DNA from: an uncultured virus (IMG/VR IMGVR_UViG_3300030333_002313)
Taxonomy: Duplodnaviria; Heunggongvirae; Uroviricota; Caudoviricetes
IMG/VR virus record: IMGVR_UViG_3300030333_002313
Direction: 5' to 3' (one strand)
DNA length: 64,000 bases
The translations under genes and the position numbers were made by a program. The notes under the pieces are model-generated. The model was not told where the DNA came from. It saw only the letters and a list, made by a program, of their open reading frames with translations, and did no database searches. Every line of letters starts with the position of its first letter. Positions within the stretch are counted from its first letter, which is position 1. Positions 55,246 through 64,000 of this stretch are shown here, in pieces.

Positions 55246-56241
55246 TTAGGCTTTGAAACGCTTAAGAGCATCTACGTAACGTGACATAGACTCTGTGATT
55301 TCGCTGTCCACAACTGGTTGTACGTCTTCTGCAACGGTTTCACTGTCAGCTTTCGCTGGCTTGCTGGAGAAGTACGACTCCTTCAGAGTTTCTACCTTGC
55401 TGCGGAATGACTCTTCATCTTCAAACTCAACCCCTTCTGATAAAGATGCTAGCTTCTCCTTTTCAGTAGCTGCTAGTCCTTCAGAAACTTCGCTCACAAT
55501 CCCATTCTTAACGTAACCTGCAACCGTAGCGGTGAGGTCAACATTCTTGTCAATTTGCTCGTTGAGTTTTGCTTCCATTGAATCAAGTTCAGATGCCATC
55601 GATTGAAGAACATCTGCTTTTTCTTCGGGAACTTCAATATGGTTCTCGATGAAAACTTTTTTAAGACCGTCTACAACACTCTCAGCGATCTCTGCTTTGA
55701 GACCTGTATCAACTGCGAGTTTGTTATTGTCCATCCAACCTTGAACTGCATAGGTTAGATATTCATCGACCTTCTCGGCCAATTCAGTCTTAACAATTTC
55801 GATTTCCTCTGATAAGGACTTGGTGTACTCTTCGTGTACCTTCTCAAGTTCCTCGTTGAGGCGAGAGACGACTGCAGCTTCGAAGATTGTTGCTGCTTTA
55901 GTCTTGAACTCTTCGGAGAGTTCTTCTCCTTCGGTTAATGCTGCAACATCTTGAGATACATCGATCTCAATTAACTGTTCACCATCAGCATTCTCTGCTT
56001 CTACAGACTCAGCCTTCTTGCTGCTTGCAGCAGATGGTTTTGTCTTAGGTGCAGACGCTTGAGTCTGACTTGGTGTCTTTAGTTTGTTGCTCTCATCATC
56101 AGGCTTACTGTTCTGTGGTGTAGGTCCACCGAGAACTTCAACTGATCCGAGTGAAGAACCATCAGCAACGGCACCGTCGAACTTAGCTTCGGTGACCTCT
56201 TGGGTTTGTTCTTCAGATGCCTTTACTGTTTCATCCGACAT
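55246..56241 (-). CDS. gp22: Prohead core scaffolding protein (gp22)
   Basis: LSEEFK.KAATIFEAAV, acidic coiled coil; late box TATAAATA at 56288-56295. Confidence 0.95.
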   Translation of the reverse strand: MSDETVKASEEQTQEVTEAKFDGAVADGSSLGSVEVLGGPTPQNSKPDDESNKLKTPSQTQASAPKTKPSAASSKKAESVEAENADGEQLIEIDVSQDVAALTEGEELSEEFKTKAATIFEAAVVSRLNEELEKVHEEYTKSLSEEIEIVKTELAEKVDEYLTYAVQGWMDNNKLAVDTGLKAEIAESVVDGLKKVFIENHIEVPEEKADVLQSMASELDSMEAKLNEQIDKNVDLTATVAGYVKNGIVSEVSEGLAATEKEKLASLSEGVEFEDEESFRSKVETLKESYFSSKPAKADSETVAEDVQPVVDSEITESMSRYVDALKRFKA

Positions 56242-56297
56242 TAGTTTTGTCTCCTTAATAAATTCTTACTGGAATTAATCTAAAAAATATTTATAAT

Positions 56298-56951
56298 CTA
56301 TAGAGAGTTCATAAGTTTCTGGAATGCGGAAACTTTCATCTCTTCGATTACTTTTTTGTTTGGAGCATTGTCCAAACCTTGCTTTATTGTGCGGAGTTCA
56401 CGTTCTTTCAGGATTGATCCTTCCCAAACCCACTCTCTTCCTTCCATAATGCCTTCGACAAAAGCGTCTGGTGCACTGGGATCTGCCACAATATCAGCAG
56501 CAGTGGCAAGCATAAAGTCATCAGCGACAACATTTACACCTTCACTAGTCCTTTTTAGGGATCCAATCCCGCGTGAGGATACCCCTAACTTGACTCCTTC
56601 ACCTAAAAGAGACCTAGCAATGTTACCCATAGGGGTGTCAAGGATACGTGCTCTTCCTTTGAAGTTGGTTCCATCTTCTTGCAAAGATGTAATTAGATGA
56701 GATACTCTATCTAGGTTAACAGTTGGACCTTCGGGGTGACCGAGTTCTCCAAGTGCTCTACCAGACTTAACAAAAGATTCGTTGTACTTATCAACTTCTC
56801 TTCTGAGAGTTGCCATAGGATACATCCTTCCATTGCGATTTTTAATCTCGCCCTGGAGAAACGTGCCTTCGATATACAGATTCTTTTTGCCATTCTTAGT
56901 TTCTTCTTCAAGAACTTGAATGTCGTCAATCTGTTCCGTTATCAGTCTCAT
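56298..56951 (-). CDS. gp21: Prohead protease (gp21)
   Basis: NRNGRMY, GELGHP, GVSSRG, DIVADPS. Confidence 0.98.
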   Translation of the reverse strand: MRLITEQIDDIQVLEEETKNGKKNLYIEGTFLQGEIKNRNGRMYPMATLRREVDKYNESFVKSGRALGELGHPEGPTVNLDRVSHLITSLQEDGTNFKGRARILDTPMGNIARSLLGEGVKLGVSSRGIGSLKRTSEGVNVVADDFMLATAADIVADPSAPDAFVEGIMEGREWVWEGSILKERELRTIKQGLDNAPNKKVIEEMKVSAFQKLMNSL

Positions 56952-57141
56952 CGGGTGTCTCCTCTGGTGTTACTTCAGTTTCAGGTTCAGCGTCCTTCAA
57001 CCAATCTTTAGCAATCTCGATGCGTCTTTGATCAAGTGCATCTTGTGAGAGTGCCATCATTGCATCATTAACTTCGCTGCTCAAATCCTTTTTATCGGTG
57101 AACAACTTGTTAACAATTTCAGTGGCTGGAATGCTTGGCAT
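56926..57141 (-). CDS. Small prohead core protein (gp67/68 position)
   Basis: Lies between gp20 and gp21; acidic tail; late box CTAAATA at 57161-57167. Confidence 0.7.
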   Translation of the reverse strand: MPSIPATEIVNKLFTDKKDLSSEVNDAMMALSQDALDQRRIEIAKDWLKDAEPETEVTPEETPDETDNGTD

Positions 57142-57163
57142 AATAAGTCCTCATCAGTATTAT

Positions 57164-58789
57164 TTAGAATTCCCCACGTTTATAGTCTGCGGGTTCGACA
57201 TTATCTATGCTAATTGGAGCCTGTTCTTCCATTCCTTCCGCTTCCATAGCAGCAGGATCTTCGATAGGCATACCAGTAGCAGGATCAATCGTTGCAGGAT
57301 CAGGGAGCTTCCCGTCCTCAATCTCTTTCTCCATTTGCTCGTCAATCTCATTGATCTCTGCGTCAGTATGTCTAAGAATATGACGACGGATATACTCAAG
57401 TGAGAAATAACGACCAGCATAAGGATCCATTGCAGTGACTAAGTTTAGACGCTCTGTGAGCATCTCCTTCTCCTTTAATTCAGCGAAGTAGTTGTCAGCA
57501 ATGAAGTTGTACTGGATGTGCTCTGACATATCATCCCAGTCCTCAAGACTGATGATACCTTTCAGAACTAATTGTGTCTTAAGTAGGTCGTGGAAGAGTG
57601 AACTAAACTTCTTACGTAACCTAGTGACAAACTTTTGGAATTTAATTTCATCTCGTGTGATCTCAGCAGCACGACCTAAATTAAATGTTGAATCAGATTC
57701 TAACCGTGACTCTGGAACGTTTAATGCACGGTATAGTTTCTTTTGGAAGTACTTGACATCCTCAAGTTCTCCAAGATTCTGTCCACCTGGGAGCGTAGTG
57801 ATCTCAGTTCCTCTACCGCCTTCCCTTCTTGGTAACCAGAAGTCTTCGAGCATTGACATAAATTTTCTGTCATCTCTAATTTCTCCTGTATCTGCGTTGT
57901 ATACTAACTTGTTCCTATAGCGAGACATTACCTCACGGAGGTATTGTTCTGCTTTTTGCTTAGGAAGATTTCCTACATCAATGTAGAAAATACGACGTTC
58001 TGGTGCACGGCTTAAACGATAGATAACCAGCGAGTCTTCAATCATCCTCAGCTGGTTAAGTGCTTTAATTGCCTTGTGCAAATGTGACATAATCACATTC
58101 TTATTCATATCTTTCAAACCACTATGGCAGAAAGCGATTGCATCAGGTGCAATCTTCATACCAGAAGTCTCCATACCTGCACGCATTCCCTTGGGATTGT
58201 ACACGTAATACTCAGCAGTCTTAGGTGCCAAGTTAGCTTCTAGTGTGCGTGGATCAAGAAGTTGTTTATCCTTCTTGTTCTCCATCTCCACAACCTTGCG
58301 AATCTTACGAGGATCCACATATCTAAGTTCCGTGATTCCACCACGGGGATTCTTAATATCAATTACTTTATGGTAATATAACTTCCCATCAATATACCAA
58401 CGTCTAAAAATATCATATGCCATCTTGTCAAAATCAAGAAGTCTCAGAACGTTTACAAACTCTTCTCTGATTTGCTTCTTAATTCCAGCACCGACTTTTA
58501 AATTACTTAATTCTACTTCTACAGGAGTATCATCTACATCACCTGCGATTGCTTCATTGACCACATCATCGATTGCTCTGTCACATTCAGGATGAATTGA
58601 CATAGAGCGATAACGACGAATGAGATCATTCTCATCCTTAAATGTTCCATCAAGATCAATGGCGGTACCAAAGTACCCACCACCTGCGACTGGCGTAGCC
58701 GCATCATCTGACTCTTTACGCACGAAAGAAGGGCCAGTAGCCTGACCCTTCTTGGCTCGTTCAAGAGAATAACCAAAAAGTTGTGACAT
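57164..58789 (-). CDS. gp20: Portal vertex protein (gp20)
   Basis: IYRLSRAPERRIFYIDVGN, EDFWLPRR; late box at 58813-58819. Confidence 0.99.
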   Translation of the reverse strand: MSQLFGYSLERAKKGQATGPSFVRKESDDAATPVAGGGYFGTAIDLDGTFKDENDLIRRYRSMSIHPECDRAIDDVVNEAIAGDVDDTPVEVELSNLKVGAGIKKQIREEFVNVLRLLDFDKMAYDIFRRWYIDGKLYYHKVIDIKNPRGGITELRYVDPRKIRKVVEMENKKDKQLLDPRTLEANLAPKTAEYYVYNPKGMRAGMETSGMKIAPDAIAFCHSGLKDMNKNVIMSHLHKAIKALNQLRMIEDSLVIYRLSRAPERRIFYIDVGNLPKQKAEQYLREVMSRYRNKLVYNADTGEIRDDRKFMSMLEDFWLPRREGGRGTEITTLPGGQNLGELEDVKYFQKKLYRALNVPESRLESDSTFNLGRAAEITRDEIKFQKFVTRLRKKFSSLFHDLLKTQLVLKGIISLEDWDDMSEHIQYNFIADNYFAELKEKEMLTERLNLVTAMDPYAGRYFSLEYIRRHILRHTDAEINEIDEQMEKEIEDGKLPDPATIDPATGMPIEDPAAMEAEGMEEQAPISIDNVEPADYKRGEF

Positions 58790-58836
58790 CTATCTCGTTT
58801 TGTCTGACCTACTATTTAGCAGGGTTGTTAAACCGC

Positions 58837-59508
58837 TTATCCAGCGTTACCAGTGTTGATGTCTGTATCGTATGTCCAGTATTGTACTTGGAACTCTACA
58901 GTATACTCTTCTGGTGTATCATTATTACCCCAGTCAAGATCAATAGCACTGATATTAGATGGCCAGATACCTTCGAACTTGTAGGTACGAATGATCTTAC
59001 CCTTTCTATCCATCTGTCTAACCTTTGCCATTGCCTGATAATCAGCGATGGTGTTAGAGTTCTGGAAGTTTTGTTGTAGTGCTTGGATGTTTGTTGACCA
59101 AGACTCGAAGAATGCTCTGAACTTGAATGACTGATCGTTAAGTACAGTTACAGTCCAAGGTTCAAAGTTACGATCTCCAGCAATCTTGAGCATACGTCCA
59201 CGATAAGGAACCTCAACAACACCCACTGTAGATGCAGGGATGTTTGCTGCCTTCACAAGGAAGGTACCGAATGCGGATGCTTCGGAAGCGTTAAGTTGTG
59301 ATCCACCTGCTGCGTTTTCTACTCCTTCAGATGAGGATCCTGATACACCACCTGATTGTGGTGATACTCCATCCTGTAGTACAGGAGGTGCATAGATCTC
59401 ACATTGGAACAGATTGGGACGAGCAAAGTCCCTTACTTGGTCACGGAAGGAGAAAATCGGGGCTCTGACCGCCGATTGTTCTACCTGTCCTGGTTGTTGT
59501 TCTGCCAT
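58837..59508 (-). CDS. gp19: Tail tube protein (gp19)
   Basis: ARPNLF, AGDR.F..WTVTV.ND. Confidence 0.97.
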   Translation of the reverse strand: MAEQQPGQVEQSAVRAPIFSFRDQVRDFARPNLFQCEIYAPPVLQDGVSPQSGGVSGSSSEGVENAAGGSQLNASEASAFGTFLVKAANIPASTVGVVEVPYRGRMLKIAGDRNFEPWTVTVLNDQSFKFRAFFESWSTNIQALQQNFQNSNTIADYQAMAKVRQMDRKGKIIRTYKFEGIWPSNISAIDLDWGNNDTPEEYTVEFQVQYWTYDTDINTGNAG

Positions 59509-59539
59509 TAGTTGTTCTCCTTAATTAGTTCTCTTGAAA

Positions 59540-62320
59540 TCAGCTAGTTACTTCAGCGAAACTAGAACCAGTTCTAGTAGCAGTGAAGGTAAGTGTGATG
59601 TAATTGATCGACCTCGTAGGCTTCACGAATATCTCCGCAAAGAATTCCCCACGATCAATTGCTTCGGGTGGGTTGTTGCTGCTGTCGCAAACAACTAGGA
59701 AGTCCACTACACCACGACGTGACTGAACACTACGTAGGAATGGTTCCACAATATTCTTGAATGAAGCACGAGTGAACTCGTCATTCAATTCGAATAGTTG
59801 TGTCTTAGCTGCTTCTGAGATAGCATCCTCAAGTACCAAGAACAAACGACGAACGTTAATTCTGTCGAATGCAGACTGGTAAGATAGTGCAGTCTTATCA
59901 CCGAATAGTACAATACCCTCACCAGGGAATGATACTACTGGGTTAATACGTGCAGCATACAAGCGATCTCTATGATCCTTAAGAGGAGAATATGCTAGTT
60001 TAATTGCGTTTCTTAACTGACCTCTATTGAATCCTGCAGGTGAGAACCACGCTTCTGAATTCAGAGTTGTGCTTAGTGTTAATCCTGCAAGGTCAGCGTT
60101 ACAAGCGATGTATCTATACTTGTCGTTGTACTTATCATAGATGTACTTGTAGTTGTTATCAAATACAGCATAAGATGTAGAAGATAACTGATCGAAGTAA
60201 TCAATAGTACGATTTACTATGACGTTAGTATCGCTCTGTCCAATCACATCTTGACGTGATGGTGAAACGAATGCCATACAATCTTTACGAGTTGCAGCAA
60301 TGTCGATGATCTTCTGTGCTTTTGCAATAGTGTCACTGGTGTCTGCCATCGATGGACCCATTAGGATGTAGTCAACATCAATAGTTTCCTTGTCAGCAAC
60401 AAGGTCGAATGCACCGAGGATCTCTCCACGTGCTAGTGTATATCCATCAACACCACCCTGTAGGGCGTACTTGACGGTTGCACCATTTGCTGTTCCGATG
60501 ATCTCTCTACCAAGAGGAGTTTCATTAGTCTTGATTGCAGATTGTTGCTTAATCAAGTCGAACTGGGTTCCAATACCTGTTTGTCCCCAATCTCCGTTAG
60601 CAGATCCATTTACATCGAACAACTCTGAGGTCTCGTGTGATCCCCAGTAAATGTACTGTGAATTGTTCTTAATGACATCTTTATAGTAGATTGTCTCTCC
60701 TTGTACACCCTTAGCATCAGATGCTTTAGATACAAAGAGGAACTTCTCAAGAACAGATCCAGGAGTACCTGTTAGTTTTCCATCTCCATCAAGGATGATG
60801 ATGTGCATCTGGTCATCAGAACCACCACGATCAGCAACCCAAGGTGAAGTTGTAGGACGTGGAGCGATTGCGTTCCACTTCTGACTGCCACCGAAATAAC
60901 GCTCATCATACTCAGAGCGTACAGAAGCAACAGTTATGTTTGGTGAACCACCACCATTATCATCTTCGATAGTGTAGTTTGGTTCAAATCTATTAGCGTT
61001 TGAATCTTTAAGGATGTGAAGCTGACGATTGATAACAGTTACCTTTGCCTTGTCTCCAGTCTTAGATCCACCAGAGGCAGCAGTCCAAAGAGCAATAACA
61101 TCACCGACTTCTAAAACGTCAGATGATAAGGAATAATTGATATCAAGTTCAATCTTACGAGTGATAGGATCGTATGCTTTAACAGTACCTTGTACTGCGA
61201 TACTTACAGGTGATGCAGCATCAGTTTCTGCTCTCCAGAACTCACCAGTATTAAAATCACCAGCAATTGAAGGAGCGTCAAGAGTTGCTACGACTGTGTA
61301 ACGATAGATCTTAGCAGTTGCGTTTGCAGCACTGTATGCTACATCGCTAGTTGTTTGGAATTCCCACTCAGCACTTGACGGTTGAGCAAGAGAAAGAATT
61401 TGATCAGGACCAGCATCTGTAGTAACAACACGGAGTGAATTACCGTATGTACCTGGATGTCTAGAACCCCACTTCCAAGCGTTAGAACCAGACTCAACGT
61501 TTGCTTCGTACTCTTCAATGTTACGTATGATAGGTACGGTAACACCTGTAGAAGTTGTCTCGTTGATTGTGGTCTTAGCAGCAGTAACTGTTAACTTAGT
61601 AACTGTCTGTCCATCTGTCTGAGTTGCAGCAGTAGTTTCTAATGCACCACGAGAAACAGTCAAGTCGTTTCCAGAAATTCCAGAAATTCTTAGAATTTCA
61701 TCAGCGATCTTGATGTAATCGTTTGTACTAACACCAAGTGCAGCAACAGATGTAACGGTTAGAGTTGTTCCACCAGCAGCCAAGGTTCCTCCTTGGTTCA
61801 TTGTGGTAGAAGTACCAGCATCTTCAATCAATGTGATTGAGGAGCTAGCAGCGTGACTAACTGCAGAAGTTGATAGCTGTCCACGTTGTACTGTTAGGTC
61901 TAGTGAAGTAATCACTGTTACCTTAACAATTTCAGCGTCAATTAAGAGGTAATCATCAACTGCTATATCAGCTGCACTAGCAACAGTCAATGTAGTATCA
62001 CTAGCACTGAAGGTTGAAGATGTAGTCTGAGCAGTATCAATTCCATTCTTTAGCGAGGTTGAGTTCGCACGAATAACTTTTAATGTACCGCCGTACAATA
62101 GGAACTGAGCAGCGTTGTACCAGTACTCGTAGTTGTAATCGTTAGGTCTGCCAAATACAGATAGCAACTCCTTCTCAGAAGTAATATCTACTATCTTATT
62201 GACTGGACCCTTTTCAAAGGAACCTACTACCACCGCAACATTATCAAGAGTAGCATTAGCTACCGTAGTGAGATCCTTTTCAAGTACAACAACCCCTGGC
62301 GAAAGTTGGGTGGATGCCAT
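59540..62320 (-). CDS. gp18: Tail sheath protein (gp18), enlarged
   Basis: SPGV..E.D, WFSPAGFNRG, INVRRLF; late box at 62363-62369. Confidence 0.98.
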   Translation of the reverse strand: MASTQLSPGVVVLEKDLTTVANATLDNVAVVVGSFEKGPVNKIVDITSEKELLSVFGRPNDYNYEYWYNAAQFLLYGGTLKVIRANSTSLKNGIDTAQTTSSTFSASDTTLTVASAADIAVDDYLLIDAEIVKVTVITSLDLTVQRGQLSTSAVSHAASSSITLIEDAGTSTTMNQGGTLAAGGTTLTVTSVAALGVSTNDYIKIADEILRISGISGNDLTVSRGALETTAATQTDGQTVTKLTVTAAKTTINETTSTGVTVPIIRNIEEYEANVESGSNAWKWGSRHPGTYGNSLRVVTTDAGPDQILSLAQPSSAEWEFQTTSDVAYSAANATAKIYRYTVVATLDAPSIAGDFNTGEFWRAETDAASPVSIAVQGTVKAYDPITRKIELDINYSLSSDVLEVGDVIALWTAASGGSKTGDKAKVTVINRQLHILKDSNANRFEPNYTIEDDNGGGSPNITVASVRSEYDERYFGGSQKWNAIAPRPTTSPWVADRGGSDDQMHIIILDGDGKLTGTPGSVLEKFLFVSKASDAKGVQGETIYYKDVIKNNSQYIYWGSHETSELFDVNGSANGDWGQTGIGTQFDLIKQQSAIKTNETPLGREIIGTANGATVKYALQGGVDGYTLARGEILGAFDLVADKETIDVDYILMGPSMADTSDTIAKAQKIIDIAATRKDCMAFVSPSRQDVIGQSDTNVIVNRTIDYFDQLSSTSYAVFDNNYKYIYDKYNDKYRYIACNADLAGLTLSTTLNSEAWFSPAGFNRGQLRNAIKLAYSPLKDHRDRLYAARINPVVSFPGEGIVLFGDKTALSYQSAFDRINVRRLFLVLEDAISEAAKTQLFELNDEFTRASFKNIVEPFLRSVQSRRGVVDFLVVCDSSNNPPEAIDRGEFFAEIFVKPTRSINYITLTFTATRTGSSFAEVTS

Positions 62321-62382
62321 TGTTTAAATCTCCTTGAAAAATCTATCAATTAGTCTTGAAATTATTTATGATTCCCTCTGTT

Positions 62383-64000
62383 TCAACGGTACTCCCACAT
62401 AAATGCTCGGTCTCCATATTCATCTACGTGCCAGCGATCTCCGTCTCCATCTACAAATGATTCATCATCCATACCGTCATTAATGAAACCAAATGGAGCC
62501 ATATCAGCATCTATTGCTTCTCTCTGTTCTTCATACATTCTCTTACGAACATCATTGTCGTGAAGTTCTTTAAAATAATCCTGTACAGATAACCACGCAA
62601 ATAAAACCAGACACATTGCAATGTCATCGTGGCATCCTTCTTCTGCTTGCCAAGACTGACCCTTTTGAATGAATGTGGTTAGTTCAGCGATAGTATCATA
62701 ATCATTAATAAGTATCTTATCGTCTTCTATCAATCCTTTAAGGTTAGAACATCCTACCTTCTTTACAGTAGAACTCATCTTAACACCAAGTTGTACCTTA
62801 CCACCTGAGAACCCTTGACCAACTACCTGACCAGCACGTCCCCTCATAGCACACATCAATAAGTTTTCATATTCCAAATCATACTGAACTATGTCTGCTA
62901 CCTGTGCACCAACGTCATTAACTTCAATTAATATGTACGCTTCATTATATCCCTTAGCAACTTCAACAATAATATCTGGGAAGATAAGGGGTTTAATTGT
63001 ATTGTTCCTATACTTAGCAACTAATTTATAAGGAATCGTAGTAGTATCAAATACAGTGAAAGCACTATAGTCTCCATCGATACCTCTCGCCACATCAACT
63101 GTGATTGTATAATTATGTTCAGGGATAGGGTCTTCATAAACGTCAAGTCCTTTGTTACTGGTTATAGGATCATCATAGGCTAATGCTCTTAGTTTAGATG
63201 CTGATATTAATGTGTCAACAGATCCTAGGAATTCACATTCGAACTCAACTCTGAATTGTTGCTCTGATGTATTACGTATAGTTTGTTCTTTCCATTCAGC
63301 ATCTCTGCCTGGAACCTGAGACCAATGTACCTCAGTATGTGTGTATTCATTCGTACCACGCTCTGCATCGTGCCAGAGCTTGTAGAACATATTCATCCCG
63401 TGAGGGGTAGAAATGATAATAACTTTAGTTGACTTACCAGAAGATATAGTAGGATACACAGAACTAAAAAACTGCTCTGCAATATTATTCGGAACGAATG
63501 CGAATTCGTCCAAAAATATAACGTTAAAGGACATACCCCTAACAGCACTAGCACTAGTACTTGCAGCCAAGAGACGGCTTCCGTTCTCCAATTCCACTGA
63601 CCCTTTGTTCCAGCCAATAATACCTTGCTGCATCCATTTAGGAAGATTCTCATAAGAAAGTTGTAGGCGACCCAACATTTCTCTTGCAGTGGCTGCTTTG
63701 TTTGCGAGGATTGCGACGTTGACATTAGGATTAAAAATTACATACCAAAGTAGATACGATGTTACAACTGTTGATTTACCAGACTGTCTTGGAAGCTTAG
63801 CAATATTGAATCGTTTGTTATGGAAACGATTCACCATATCCTCTTGGAAATCATAGAGGTTAAATGGGATAACACCCTCATCCAAAGAAACGATCTTGAT
63901 ATACTTCTTAATAAAGTAGATTGGATCTTTGCTGCACTTAATAAACTCCTTCACCTGTTTAGGTGTGAAGTTTGTGGCAACGTTTGCTTTCTTTAGATTC
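62383..64000 (-). CDS. gp17: Terminase large subunit (gp17); start lies beyond the right edge
   Basis: PRQSGKS, LDEFAF, STPHG, DVARG, HDD; the frame is open to 64000 (NLKKANVATNFT). Confidence 0.98.
   Translation of the reverse strand, partial: NLKKANVATNFTPKQVKEFIKCSKDPIYFIKKYIKIVSLDEGVIPFNLYDFQEDMVNRFHNKRFNIAKLPRQSGKSTVVTSYLLWYVIFNPNVNVAILANKAATAREMLGRLQLSYENLPKWMQQGIIGWNKGSVELENGSRLLAASTSASAVRGMSFNVIFLDEFAFVPNNIAEQFFSSVYPTISSGKSTKVIIISTPHGMNMFYKLWHDAERGTNEYTHTEVHWSQVPGRDAEWKEQTIRNTSEQQFRVEFECEFLGSVDTLISASKLRALAYDDPITSNKGLDVYEDPIPEHNYTITVDVARGIDGDYSAFTVFDTTTIPYKLVAKYRNNTIKPLIFPDIIVEVAKGYNEAYILIEVNDVGAQVADIVQYDLEYENLLMCAMRGRAGQVVGQGFSGGKVQLGVKMSSTVKKVGCSNLKGLIEDDKILINDYDTIAELTTFIQKGQSWQAEEGCHDDIAMCLVLFAWLSVQDYFKELHDNDVRKRMYEEQREAIDADMAPFGFINDGMDDESFVDGDGDRWHVDEYGDRAFMWEYR

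Noticed and set aside
1..64000. tRNA, rRNA, CRISPR arrays, transposases, integrase or att sites
   Set aside because: None was recognised; the intergenic gaps are short and explained by small ORFs, promoters or terminators. tRNAscan and CRISPR finders were not run.

Overview
64 kb of a T4-like marine cyanomyovirus genome (Kyanoviridae-type). Almost all genes are on the - strand. From left to right it holds the 5' end of psbA; a photosynthesis and auxiliary-metabolism block (PsbN-like, petF, three hli-family genes plus tiny membrane ORFs, pyrE, talC); nrdB/nrdA and primase; a cluster of probable capsid-packaged proteins; the replication module (mazG, gp41, uvsX, gp43, hsp20, regA, gp62/44/45, cobS-like AAA+, gp46/47, gp55, uvsW/Y), with eight 2OG-Fe(II) oxygenases, Dam and a SAM methyltransferase spread through the nrd and replication genes; a three-gene + strand island within a block of exported and membrane proteins; and the head/tail block gp3-gp23-gp22-gp21-gp20-gp19-gp18-gp17. 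I saw no tRNA, rRNA, CRISPR array, intron or IS element. The best novelty candidates are: (1) a nitrogen-sensing unit made of NtcA boxes and two interlocked glutamine-riboswitch aptamers, with an entire 63-codon ORF inside one aptamer stem, upstream of a DUF4278 peptide; (2) apparent complete absence of CATG, alongside a restriction-like nuclease; (3) a ligase-fold protein paired with a capsid-targeted HIGH nucleotidyltransferase; (4) polyprotein-like virion proteins built from glycine-zipper and amphipathic modules; (5) a ROSE-like thermometer before hsp20; (6) an uncharacterised envelope-protein cassette with unusual gene overlaps. All calls come from reading motifs by eye; no database searches were run.
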